A stretch of DNA of 61,400 bases, filler included, from Sphacelaria rigidula (Eukaryota), in NCBI GenBank assembly GCA_964200075.2. It is 8 parts of 8 records of this genome, joined end to end, with 100 filler letters (N's around TTAATTAATTAA, not from the genome) between each part and the next. Parts side by side here need not be neighbours in the genome. Positions count along the whole stretch, not along the records: positions 46,127 to 53,713 come from CAXNAA020014205.1; positions 53,814 to 61,400 come from CAXNAA020014206.1; 6 more parts are not named here. One strand, given 5' to 3'. The position numbers and the translations under genes were made by a program. Shown piece after piece: positions 49,301 through 61,400 of the stretch. Within the stretch, counting starts at the first letter, position 1. The number at the start of each line of letters is the position of its first letter. The notes beneath the pieces were generated by a model. That model had not been told where the DNA came from and did not search any database. It saw nothing but the letters and a program-made list of their open reading frames with translations.

Positions 49301-52300
49301 CAAGCATGGCTACGTCATTGAGTGTAATATCGTCCGTGCACACCATGCGGTCTAGATACTGTAGTGGAGTAGAATTGTATCTTATAGTCACCCCCCCCAC
49401 CATTTTCCCGACCGATTGAATTTTCGCGTTTCTGAAAAAAGAAAAACCTTCTGGAAGGCGTTTCCTGCAGCCATCTATGAAATTATGTAAAGAAATTCCA
49501 GAATTATCAGAGAATCACCACAAAAAATGTTTGATCATGACGTCTCTGCCTCGTTCTGCATTTTGTGTTCAGGCTACCCCTCCGTCTGATCTCTGGATCG
49601 CCGATTTGGATGCACTGGGAAACGTGCTGGACGAGATCGCGGAGGGTGTGAAAAAGCAGGACATGGAGGACATGAAGCAGCGCAAAAATGCGGGCAAAAA
49701 GAAGGTGCTTTCTCGATCCAAGAAGAACATTCGCACGGTTTCGATTTCCGCTAATTGTGTGCACCGCCGATACATGCATCATTTCTCACTTTTCCCGTCC
49801 TTCTTCCAAGTATGGAGGAGCGTGTGCCAATCGGGCTGTGTAATGCGGTCTTCAAGATCGCTCGCATTTTAGGGGGGAGGGATGCAGAGGAAGGTGTGCC
49901 ATTTCAGCCACGCGCTCGTTTGCCTGCGTGCCTTCTACTTGCCAGGGTGGACGAGCCAAGGGTCGTGGTGGGAACGATGATGACTCTGACTTTGAGGACG
50001 GCCCCAAGAAGAAGTCGAGCAAGCCCGCCAAGGCGTTGCCGGCCCCGGTTCTTCCCACCCACGCAGTTGTGCCTGAGCTCGTTGCTAGTGCTAGTGGAGG
50101 AAAGGTGAGCCCGGTCTAGGCTCTTGTTGACCTCATTTGGCCTTGCTGTGTTTCTAGGTATTTCCCTTCAGTGACTGCAGCAGTAGTGCAATAGTCGTGC
50201 ATGATCTTGTTCGGACGGTGTGATGAAGGCTGGAAATATGTTGGAGACGATAGATGATCAGCTCAAACAAGTTTGCGAGCACAAGGCGGGAGGAACGTCG
50301 AAAGCTGATGGATGTGAAGCGAAGCAATGACGGAAGAAAGATGCTGGAAGCACCGGTGTTTGAATTGATGTACAGTTTCAACATACCGATGTTGCGACTG
50401 CGTTTTCGATGGATAACGACCAATAAAGCAGGCGGCGCATCCGTATACACGGTGCAGTCTTGTGGTACTCTGCTCTCATGCATTACCCAGAGTTGGCACC
50501 CATTACAATACCATATACCATGCTTCTTTACACGGTACGGATTTCTTGTAGGTGTCCGCCGCATTTGCCGAAGCAGAAGCGGCTGGCAAGGTCATTACAG
50601 ATGTCTATAAGGTGGTCAAGAAGGAAAACGACGAGCCGGCTAACAAGGACAGCATGGATATCACTCCCATGATGGAGGGGAGTGCTGACGAGGGCAGTGA
50701 CTTCGACGACATGATGTCTTCAGCCCGAGCTGTATCAGCAGGGTCTTCGACGGCCCTTGGCGCAAGCAAGATCACCAGCAAGATGGCATCTCTATCTCTA
50801 ACTGCTCGCATCCGACAAAAGTACGGGGATACCCAGGCTGCCTCGTCCGCCTCGACGGTGAGTTCACGGACCACTCTGTGTTTCAACGTCCTGGTCGACC
50901 ATATGATTCCGTTCAGGTTCCACCGTGTTCTACGCGTACGGTCGGTTCGAGCTGGAATCCCAGCTGCCATGAGTCCGGCTACTCTGAACTGCGATATTTT
51001 GGTCGCTGCTTATGGGCCTTGCTAGTTCTCGTGGAGTAAATAGGCTTCCGCGTCCAGTCTGATGAGCGGTGCAACGCTTACCCAAGCCAACTCGTCCGTT
51101 CTAACCGTTCTTTATAAACTACAGTTATCATGTTGAGCCGACCCGCCGGTCCCCCATCAGTGTTGCGGGATAACACGTGAATCGAGTGAGTAGCTGGATA
51201 GTTAGACACTGTGTGCCGCATTGTTGGGGTCTGTGTTGAGCGTGACGTAGCGCGAGATCTGGACCCTGCTGGTCCGTTCGAGTAGAGTTGCTTGGAATTT
51301 TTTAGGGTAGGGTGGCCTTTCGTTTTGCGTAGCTCTACTCGAACGGACCTCACCGCGTGCAAGACAGCGGCTTGGCTACAAAACTGACATATATTCCGTG
51401 AGACGGTCACTGAAATTGTGCTGTTGCTGCGTCTTTTTGCTGCGCTCGTCAAACGAAGGCTCAAAGCGCACCCGCTGCTCGAAAAGCGACGGCGGTGGAG
51501 GACTCGGACGCGAGCGACGTGGATGACGACTACAATGATCAGGTGAAAATTAACTCACGCTGCCGGCCACATACGTAAGTAGTTCATGATTTACGGGTGG
51601 AGCAGGATTTCCGAGAGCTCGAATTCCGGTAAGAGTATGTTTTTTGTGGTGCCAAATATCTTTAGTCGAGAGTACAAAGGACGTCAGAATTTTGATCGTT
51701 CACGGGAGTGGGGATTGATTCAACGCTCGATGATAGGACTCTAACGAAGGGCGAGGTGTGCACTGAGGAAGAGATGCTTGGGTTCGGTCCCTGTGAGTGC
51801 GCTCTCACCCCGAAGAACGGGGGGAGCTGTGTTTGGTCAAAAACAAGCAGTTACGGAGACAGCAAAGTTCATGGGGCACCAGAGACAACGCCAACTATGC
51901 CAACGCCCCTTTTTTGCAGTTGTGTGCTTGTGCGTATGAAGAGTTGAATGAATGAGGGCGGGGAGCTCGCCGAAAGCTGACGGCTTCCTCTGCAGTTTGT
52001 CCTCTGTACAAGAAGCACTCGTGGATGTAAAGTATGACATGCGGTGACATTAACGCTGTACTCGGGAGCCGGCATGGAAACGTGGGTTTGTAAGATGCAA
52101 GCGTCACACCCGTCGTCCTCTAGCCTGTAGTTTCCTTCTTGACAGCTCGCTGCGAAGAGTGTCGGAGCCCCTCAATTGAAGCCCAATTGTTTTGTAACAC
52201 GGTATTCTCTTGTGGTGTTTCATCGCCCCCTCCCCCCTTGCTTGTCACCCATCACCTCACCAAGCTTTTGCGTGTGTCCGCTCTGTTTGCATGCAATCCC

Positions 52301-52497
52301 AGCCCGTGGCTCCTGTGCCGGCCGCAAAGGCTACCAAGAAACCTGCTGCCAAAGCCAAACCGGCGGCTAAGCCTAAAGCGGCAGCCAAGCCTAAAGCGGC
52401 GTCCCGCAAGCCCAAGAGTAAGGCCATGAGCGATTCCGAAACTGAGGATGACTTCAACTCGGATGCAATGTCCGATGTCGCTGACGCCAACAGCCCG
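46324..52497 (+). CDS. TOP2: DNA topoisomerase II, C-terminal part; exons 46324-46464, 46953-47073, 47897-48006, 48336-48394, 48986-49122, 49573-49704, 49946-50104, 50552-50857, 51459-51542, 52303-52497
   Basis: Phase-compatible splicing yields FKLESSVSTTNMVLFD, IMEEFYTLRTDFYNRRK, LDNK|VRFILAVVEG, GYDYLLGMKLWSLTLE and DLWIADLDAL, then a K/A/D-rich tail. Confidence 0.93.
47255..47555. mobile_element. Intact MITE family A in a TOP2 intron
   Basis: Terminal inverted repeats of ~29 bp: aacaatgttttcgtgagattgagagtaga / tctactctcaatctcacgaaaacgttgtt. Confidence 0.88.
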
Positions 52498-53864
52498 GTG
52501 AGTCATCGGTTGGGGTATGAACAATAACACATGACGTATTTTGAGGTGGTGAGATGATGCTCTTCAGACGTCGGACCCACTTCATGACCGATGAATGTGA
52601 GGTAAAACATTGGGCAACCAACCCTAAAGAAATGATATGTACGCGCTGCAACGGCTGTTGAGGTATTCCTTCTACTATAATTGTACAGGTATTGGGCAAA
52701 CTATCCATTCTTGTCTTCGTGTTCACCGTCCTCCCCTTTCCCGAAGAAATGTCACTTTTTGACATGATGGCCCTTTCCGATGGAAGTAGTGCAGACGACT
52801 TTGCACTCTGATCTCTGGTGCTCGAATTCTCCACAACCCCAGCATCCCACCTAGCCTTTCCTACCACCTTTCTGGCCCTTGCTGACAGCAAGAGCGGCAG
52901 TCGTTGGTCCGGAAGCCTTCTTGGCTGCCTCAGCCTCAGCTTTCGCTACCGCCGCAGTGTCCTGTAGGTGACTTTGACGTGACGCAATGGTGCGTACCAA
53001 TTCCGCACGGGTGATAAACCCGTCACATCACATCGTATGGGCTTCGATCTCATACACGAGATTAGATGCTACCGGCGCTATAATAAGGATGTTCACGCCT
53101 GCCCGGCTGGATGCACGGTTCGAACAGAGTACGGTAGCAATTGACTTCGTATATGCGATTACAAATAGCGTTGCTTTGTGGGTACTCAAGTTTGGGGATG
53201 AAATTAGTCGGCCCCACCTAACTATCTGTATCGTTCGGGCTAACTATAGTCGGACTGAAGGTCGGCCTAGTACTTAACTGCACTTGCTGTGTGACCGATA
53301 TCGTACTAAGGTTCAGATGAAGCTCTGCCTCGGCCGTTGAAGCACCATGTGCATATCGTGTCTAATCGTACGCTGAGATCTGATTTTGGTTTCAAGTTGG
53401 AGTACTCTGCCTTCAATATTCACACATCCACACACACGTACTTCCTCTGTCCCATAAGTCTGTATCGTTACGGACGTTTAATCGTGTGGGTATTTCAATG
53501 CTCACGATCATGCTGCAGTTGGGCTCGTTAGAGAGATAACGTGCAGACGAAGCTGACTGAGAAAAAAAAAGAAGAAAAAAAACTTGTTTTCAATACTAGA
53601 ATCATATAAAAATATACCCGATTTTGGACGTTTCGACGTCGAGCACTGGCGATTACATGCTGAAAAGTTGTCAGATGGGGGTGTGTAAATTAACGTCACG
53701 GATATATCCAAATNNNNNNNNNNNNNNNNNNNNNNNNNNNNNNNNNNNNNNNNNNNNTTAATTAATTAANNNNNNNNNNNNNNNNNNNNNNNNNNNNNNN
53801 NNNNNNNNNNNNNCCCCCCCCCCCTACTTTAATGTGGATTGATCACGTGATCTTCAGGATAAAC

Positions 53865-56800
53865 ATGTGTCACCGCCGGATCACCCTGAGCACTGTTGCT
53901 CTCGCCGCCGCTTGGAGCTGTTCCTCTCTGCCAGGAGCCCGTGCTGATAACTATCTCAACGGGGAAATCGATGGCTTCTTCGGTGAGTGCGTGTGCGCTA
54001 TCTATTGGTACAAGGCAGGTTGAACGTCTGAATAGCTCCATTGATCATGGCGGTAACATTCATGTCCGGGCAGCTCAAATCTCGGCGAACACCCTCGACC
54101 ACCGAGGGAAGCGACTCGACCACAGTTCACCCACGGGTTTGTTTTTGAAGCACATTTCATTAGTGCTCAGGCACTACGACTTACTCGTGACTTCAACAAA
54201 TATTTTCCACAGAAATCCGATTATCGCTCGCGTTGGTACTCACGTGACAGTACATGGCCGCCGCTTCAAGGTGTTCCAGATTGACGAGCTCCAACACACT
54301 AAAACCCTCCAGAGCCCGATGATGGACATGCTAGTAATTGCAGAACATTTGTCAACTTGGGTTTGGGCGGGGGGATCATGGTGGCGGAGAGGACGAGACA
54401 ACAGCTGTCTCCAGGACGGGGGGGGGGGGGGGTGGCTGTGAATTTGGGGGTGGTATCCACTGTTTCGAGTTCCAGGGGGGGAAGTGGGATACTTTGGGGT
54501 GGTTTGAAANNNNNNNNNNGGGCGCGGGGGGGGGCGGTGGATGGTACAGCGCGGCTCCCCTGGGGGGGGGGGGGGGGGGTCGCTGTGAATTTGGTGGTGG
54601 TATCCACTGTTTCGACTTACAGCGTGCGAATTGCGATACTTTTGGTTGATGTGAAAGTATATATTTGGGATACTTGAGATACGAATAAATGAAAAAACAA
54701 AACGAATCGACCCGTAGTTACCCCATCCCTCTGGTTTGATACCCGTCCTCCCTCCCATCCCCTTTGTCGCTGACGAAGTCAACGCGTTCGCTCCCCGGAC
54801 GATTTTAACGCGCTGGCGTTGACGTCTACCGCCAGAACCTGTTGAATAGGAATGGTGATGCCTCTAACGATGCGAATGGCCGCTGGAATACGTCAACCGT
54901 ACTTGCTGATATGCAGGCACTCTTTTCCCCCTCCCCGACGAGCATATCTCCCAGGGCGTGCTATTTTATGCATTCGTTTACCGGCGGACTGCACGATGCT
55001 GCTACATGCATGATGGTGGTGTCCTCAGTACACATACACACTTTGTACCAGGCTAGCCAGGGGCACCGCCTTTTGTTGCGGTAGGCCAAAATGGTGGATG
55101 CCACTCCAGAGGACAGGTAATTCCGTATCTCTGGGGATCCATGGGCCTAGCCTTCCCATGAGACGTCAGTGCAGATGTTTTCTTGATGTTCCGTGCAATG
55201 GATTTGGATGTATCGGAAGAGCGAAACAGGCAGAGTAACAGTGGCCCGCAAGTTGCCCCACATTCATTTCATGGTTCAGGACCCGTCAGTTCAGTATTAT
55301 GTAATTAGGCCTAGTCGCCTCCGACAAGACAGCCACTACACCTTTGTCCTGTTCTGTTCTCACGAACAGAGGCTCGAGTCGTACGCCCCCGTTACAGTCA
55401 CAGCCGTGCAGCAACAAATGAACAAGTCGACCCGAATCCAAACCACAGTAGCAGTTCAAATCCAGACGTTCACAGAAATGAAGTATATCCTTGTAGTTTA
55501 CAATACGAACCAGAGCAAATAGTTCCCCGCGACTGTAAAGCTTACTGGTGAGGACTCACTTGGAACTCAGAGCAACGGCGGCTAAAGCTGATGTCCTGGA
55601 TCCGAGAGAGTGATCACGAAAGGGTTGATAACTCGTACAAACGCACCCGATATCCTACGCCAAGATTATATCCACACAGTCATAGTACAATAAAAAGAAC
55701 AAACGGTAGGTACTCGGGACGTTGCTGGCCCATACATCCAACAGTTCGCCCGCAACGATGAATACCACGTTTATCGTATCGTCCCTTCAGTCCAAGGAAT
55801 GGTCCAGCAATACTATTTGTGCTGGAACCTTTTGGCAATACTGATCGTACTTTTTGTGACAGACAACCGCTGCCAGTCATTCAGAACAACAATCTGGATC
55901 TTTCCACCAATGGCACAATCATATACGAGCTGGGCCGGCAGTACACCCAGCATTCTCTGTCGTCACCACAATTCTTCAAGTTTTCCAAATCAGCACGACC
56001 TGAGCATATCGCTGTGAACTGCAGACTAACCTGGTAACATAAGGCACCGCCGCTGCTCGATTGGTGCACTTATGGCGATGTTATTGTACTGCATTGAGTA
56101 CCGAGTACGTCCCAATTCCTTGTGCGATAACGTGTCTGGAGACGTTTCCTTTCACAAAATGCGGTGGAATTACGATAGACCGTTGCGCCGCAAAGGCACA
56201 CGCACACCTGACATTCCCAGGCAAAAGCACACTGGTCGTGCTGCAAGATGGCATCAAGCTCGTCATAAGCTCCATAATGGGAGAGAAATTCCGAACCAAC
56301 TGTCGTACATCACAGCACGAGGGAGAAGTACTACTTGGAGCTGCGCTATACCCCCCCCCAAAAGCAAGACCATCACTAAAACATCGAGACCCTTTGCAAC
56401 CCAGAGGTACGAGAAAGTATGCACGATTAGTGCGCACACAAACACGTTTTTGTCGTGTCGGGATTTGAACTTGTAACCTGTGTCATCTGAGGCTGTTGCA
56501 TCGATTTGACCACCGGGGTCACACAAAAAGTGCCACACGACCTCAACAAACGCAGACACCTTTTTTTCCCACTCTCAACATATCGATACCGTAGATATAA
56601 TTTCGGGGTTGCCTTTTTGGTGACCCGTCTTGGAAACCCTGACTGGTGATCTCAGATGTGCAAGTGGCCACGTCATGATCAAGGAGGTTTGATCTCGTTG
56701 AAGGCACCTCGGATTCGGAGTCTCCACAAACTTTTCAGACGGCATATTATATATTTTTTTGTCTCGATTCGATGACCGTTCCTCCCCGAAGACGCTCCCG

Positions 56801-59800
56801 GCCCTTGTTTTCAGATCATCGCTTCCCCAAACCTTTCCCCTTGTATTCGTTGTTGAACCCGTCGACAAACATGGGCTGAAAAGAATTTTCTGTGAAGCAG
56901 TTGACAGCTTTAGCAGAAGAGATATTGCCATCACCCGACGTGTTCACGGACTATACGGACACCAACGGAAGCTGGATAATACTTGACGGTGACGGAGAGT
57001 ATGAGGACAACGGCGTTTGGACAAGGTTTGTGTAATGCGAGAGAGGACCACGTGCTTAGAGGACCGCGTGCTCAGAGGACCGCATCGGAATTTGAACACC
57101 CCTACGGTTAGGGCTAGAGTTAGCGTTAGTGTTGGGGTTATGGTCAGGGGCGTGGTACTTGCAGGGAGTGGCTCGATTGGTTTTGAAAAACGTCGATCCT
57201 GAGGTATTTTGAACTACGGCGCGGTCCTCTCACGCATTACAGTTTGTTCGTCGAAAGAGGAGATATTTTTTGCAACTTTCGATTTCTCGGTGGGAAAATA
57301 TATTGCTTCCCGCATTTCAATATCTTCGACCATACATATCTTCACAGTCGGAAGCCATCAGAAACAAGATAGGCTCGCTTCAAAGTTATGTGAGTCTAGC
57401 GCTCATCGACCGAACACACGGGGTAAGACTTTGAGACGATCGAAACAACCAGGATCAGTAGCCGTATCGTGTCGAACGGATTGACGGCAGTCGACATCTC
57501 GTACACGTCATGGATAAAAGTATGCGAAACGACGATCTGGGACGTAACGGCAATACCGTCCGCGCGTGCTGTGACGTCCCGTGTGTGTGTGCGTGCGCGT
57601 CGTCGCAGTGGTATGGTGTGTGGGCAGTACTGGTACCTGTATAGCTACACGGGGGATGAATATTGGCAGGTGAGGAACATTAAGCGTTGCCTTTTCCCAC
57701 GCTTAAAATGATAAACAGTGCTTGTTTCGACATGTCGTAAGGCCAGCTCCTTGGGCTCTCTCGGCTACTGTCGAGTTTTTACTCATGCGTGAGGTTTGCA
57801 CCTCTGCCACTCAGCATGCTCATTGATCACCAACACATATGTGTGTATACGCTTGCCTTCTCAGACGACGGCAGATAGTTGTACGGCTGCTATGAACGGT
57901 ACGCAGTACGCTGATGACAACGACGTTGGATTCCAGGTGAGTCTCTGTAGTATACGAGGTCAGGTAACGGTATTTTGGGAGTCAAGTTGGCCTCGGAGTC
58001 GGTCACAATTATGATACAATGGGAGAAGGGTCCTGTCTTTTTCTTCACGTCCCTTACATCGAACCTTCCGCATATCCGGTCTTACTACAACGTGTCCAAA
58101 TAGCTATCCTACGTGGATTCCACCAGCCCGGCCTGAAACCGAACGGTGAACATTTTCCACAGTCGATTGTAGGTATCCCGCGTCATTTCTGCAGCTCACA
58201 GTCTATACCCAGAGGTTTTGTCACGAGCCAACTTTTATGTCCCGACTCTCAGCTGTTCGACTCGCTGTGTGTTGGCGTGGCATTCTGCGTCTGCCAAGTG
58301 GCAGTTATGGCAATGTGCAGGGATACAAATTCCAGTAGACCACAGACGATGGTTATACTGCATTCCGTCCGTGTCACAGTAGCAGAAGGAGTAGCGGTGT
58401 AGCTCGGAAATGGTACCAGTTGTAACTGGCCATTATCATCATGGTGGTAATAGTAATGATTATATGAAATATTTTGGTGATGTGTTCAAACCATTATTTA
58501 CCGTTACAGGCTTTTTAAGCAGTCACCGGCTACGTGTGCTACATACAGCCTTTGAAAGTTGGCCAAAAAATCGCGTAAATTCGTGCCTCCGGCATGGCGC
58601 CGGTTTTCCCTTGAAAGGTGGACGACTCATTGCAATTAGGCGGAGAGAAGATTTGCATTTTTGGAGCATAATCGTCGACCAAGCTTTCAACATTCCGTTT
58701 TCCCCGTTCTTACCCGGAGACACTGAAGCCAAAGAGTGTTCGAAGAACTATCGACACGCATACTTGCACGTTACGCAAAAACACATGCGAATGTGCCTCT
58801 GCTGGCGTCGTTGCCGATTCCTCTCTCCTCAAATGGCTTGCAACAAGATAGTGGCAACCGCACTAGATGGTCACTGGTATTTGAGTGTGTGAGCGGAATG
58901 AAGGAGAATTCTTTCGCGTGACGATCGTTTCATCCTTTGATTGGCGCAGGTTTTCAACTCGTACGGTCTCGGCTACAAGCTGACCGGGAACGCGGACTAC
59001 AAGGAACAGGTCCTCACTGGCGCCCAAAATCTATACGATATCAGATACGATGTGAGTTAACTGTCGCCACGCTAACCGCTCAAGCTGGAAGGTCGAAACG
59101 ATCTTATTTTTAACCTTGGTAGGCATGAACTGCAGGGGATGTCCGTGCACAAATGTCCTGTTGTTCAGGTCAAAACCACGGAAGCAAGAAAACCTATGCT
59201 CGGCCCGTGGAGCAATAGACCTGGATGTGGTTTTGTCTTCCCAATCTAGACGATTTCTTGTTGCTACGAGCTAGGCCAGCTTACACTGATTCTTTGACGC
59301 GAAAAGTGCCAAAATTTGACACATTCTGGGGATGCCAAGAAAGCAAAAAGAAAGGCCAGGGTGATTTCAAGTATCAGCAATAACCTGAAGAACATCATTC
59401 GACATCCTCAGAAATGTCGTACGTGCTTGTGCGGGAGATCCTGGGGTAAATTTGGCCAAAAGCTCCTACAGCTGGGCTCAGCCTGGTACTTCATGTGTGA
59501 CACCGCTAAGCCCCTGTAAACCAAGTGATACTGGAGACTCCAGTTAGAGAGGTCACGAGTTCGAATCCCGCCAGTATTTTTTTTCGTTCAGCCGTCAAGG
59601 TAAAAAATGATGCAGTACATATTTTTCATTTTTGTTTCAGCGACAGAGCGTGCATGATCAGGTTGGTTTGTAGCTAACAGCGATATGGGTATATCGTGCT
59701 GGTTCGGGAAAATTGAGCAGTTGTTGTGTGATGTCCGTTTGTACGTTTAACAGCTGGGCCAGCTCGGAGACGATATTATTTCTCTACTACGCGTCGCAGT

Positions 59801-60986
59801 TGCTAGTCAATCAGCCTTTCGTTCGGGGTCCCGACATACACGCATAGATATCTAATGTTGCTCTTGCTATTTTTTGTTTAGCTATCTGAGCAAATATGCT
59901 GGAATGTTCTCTGTACAACCAATACATTTCCCCTCATTGTGGCCATCCATGTGTACCTTCATATATATGGTTTTCTGCAGGAACGAATCCCGGCTTACTG
60001 GTCATGGGCCAACCCCTCCCGAAGACCGGATTGGGATCGAGCCGTTAACGTGGACATGATGATGAACATGGAAATCATGCTCTGGTCAGCACAGAACGGC
60101 GGAGATGAGACTTGGATCGACGCTGCTGAAGGGTGAGATTTCGTGAGGTTGCTATTCCCCTCTCGATGTGGTTTCGGTGTTTTGGCTGTTGCATTCCGGA
60201 ATCCCACACTTTGTACCGCGTACATCGCTGACCCTACTCGAATAACAACGAGGCAAGGAAACACAACTATTCGACTGAGCAAAACGACGGTCGAGGTATA
60301 TTCGGCACACGCAGCTGCTAGTCGGTAAGAAACACGAGAATGACGGTCGAATTAAGATGGAGAAAATCGTGCGGTGAAGTCAATACTTCCACGAAACAAG
60401 GCAAAGTACAAAACAAAAGTATCTAATCTGGTCGTTCGCTTCCGTGAACCGTGAAGCGAGCAGACAGAGCTGCCTTTCTTGTTATTGTGCGTACGAAGTA
60501 TTTATAAACATGTTGAAATCGATTTGTGTCATCACCTGCACATGCCGCGGTACCCTTGTCCGTTTTCAATTCAGCATTTTGAAGACAGAGATGGACGCTC
60601 AAGAAAAAGTGGTGAAACAACACACAGTTCGTACAGTACAACCAAAATCATTTGATTTTGAAAGCCGATTTCCGAGTTGGAATAGTATCGTTAGTTGGAC
60701 CCGTAGTTTGGTCGCATTAAGTCGTCTGTTCAGATCCCCGCCGTTTCCTGTATAGTTGTGTTTTTGAACTCATGATTCCCGCATCATCGCGCTCTTGAAC
60801 CCACGTGGTGTGCCTGTGGTTAGATGTACACAGATTGTTCGCGGATGTAACTCAACCCTCCCCCTCGAAACACGTGCGTATTGTACAGGCATGCGGACAC
60901 CACTTGGAAAGATATAGTTCGGGACGACAACAGCACGTACCACGTCGCCGACTACGATAATTCAACCGGGGAGTTGGTGGATCAAG
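53865..60986 (+). CDS. Secreted GH88 (unsaturated glucuronyl hydrolase-like) gene, partial; firm exons 57609-57669, 57865-57936, 58950-59051, 59981-60132, 60889-60986; probable signal-peptide exon 53865-53982
   Basis: The splice product GMVCGQYWYLYSYTGDEYWQ|..DNDVGFQ|VFNSYGLGYKLTG..|..VNVDMMMNMEIMLW..|HADTT..RDDNSTYHVADYD follows GH88 motif order (HDLGF, IIDNMMNLELL, HA.TT, SYHV). The intervening N-terminal exons are unresolved. Confidence 0.85.
54420..54620. repeat. G-run-associated direct repeat
   Basis: gctgtgaatttgg.ggtggtatccactgtttcga occurs at ~54435 and ~54582. Confidence 0.65.
57031..57241. mobile_element. MITE with internal telomere-like hexamers
   Basis: Terminal inverted repeats tgtaatgcgagagaggacc / ggtcctctcacgcattaca; internal ggttagggctagagttagcgttagtgttggggtt. 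Confidence 0.7.
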
Positions 60987-61400
60987 GTGCGATACTCGGA
61001 ACAATGTTTGCTTCGTGTGTTGCTTGTAAGGAAGTTCCCTCTGATAGTTCTGGCGGCCCGATGTGTACGTGCTGAAGCGCGCACGAGGCGAAAAATGAGC
61101 CTCAAGATTGTGGGTGTGTATCTTCGATCGGCGACGTTGTACCATACACGCATGGAACCATCGCAAGCTCAACAAAGCATTCGTATCTTCCACTTGAAAT
61201 CTTGGAATACTTGAGAAATTTCCATATTACATCTTGTTTTCCTGAGCACTTTCTCAAAACCATGTCTGGGCAATTACTTGGAGCAGGATATTACGCTGGC
61301 TTCCCTTCCCCTCCCCCCCTTCCGTCCGTGCTCCGTCTCGAAAGGGATGCGTGGTCAATGGTCAAACGACTAAGGCAAGCAACAAATGAGTACCCCCCCC

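Noticed and set aside
54850-55116. Candidate extra GH88 N-terminal exons (NGDASNDANGRW...; AKMVDATPED)
   Set aside because: They are plausible, but I could not link them with consistent phases to the flanking exons.
340-60986. LPMO plus GH88 as a polysaccharide gene cluster, or NLR plus SUMO protease linkage
   Set aside because: The genes sit on different contigs joined by artificial linkers.

Overview
Eukaryotic, intron-rich, repeat-rich DNA that looks most like a brown alga (Ectocarpus-like stramenopile; inferred from gene content and architecture). The window is not one locus. It is eight contigs of 7587-7589 bp joined by 100-bp N/TTAATTAATTAA/N linkers, so adjacency across linkers means nothing. 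Reading splice sites by hand recovers partial multi-exon genes: an AA15-type LPMO, a TPR/Mlp1-like nucleoporin, an NB-ARC-TPR candidate immune receptor, a Ulp1/C48 SUMO protease, an orphan gene, the DNA topoisomerase II C-terminus and a secreted GH88. There are also many tRNA-derived SINEs, MITE/foldback elements, decayed LINEs and a satellite. The standout is the NB-ARC-TPR gene. Its ligand-binding part is a tandem array of 422-bp cassettes, each a 126-nt phase-0 exon plus a near-identical 296-nt intron. Variation is focused on one helix face, units are mosaic, and two exons have lost their acceptors. This fits an exon-shuffling or alternative-splicing diversification system. All family assignments come from motif recognition, not database searches.
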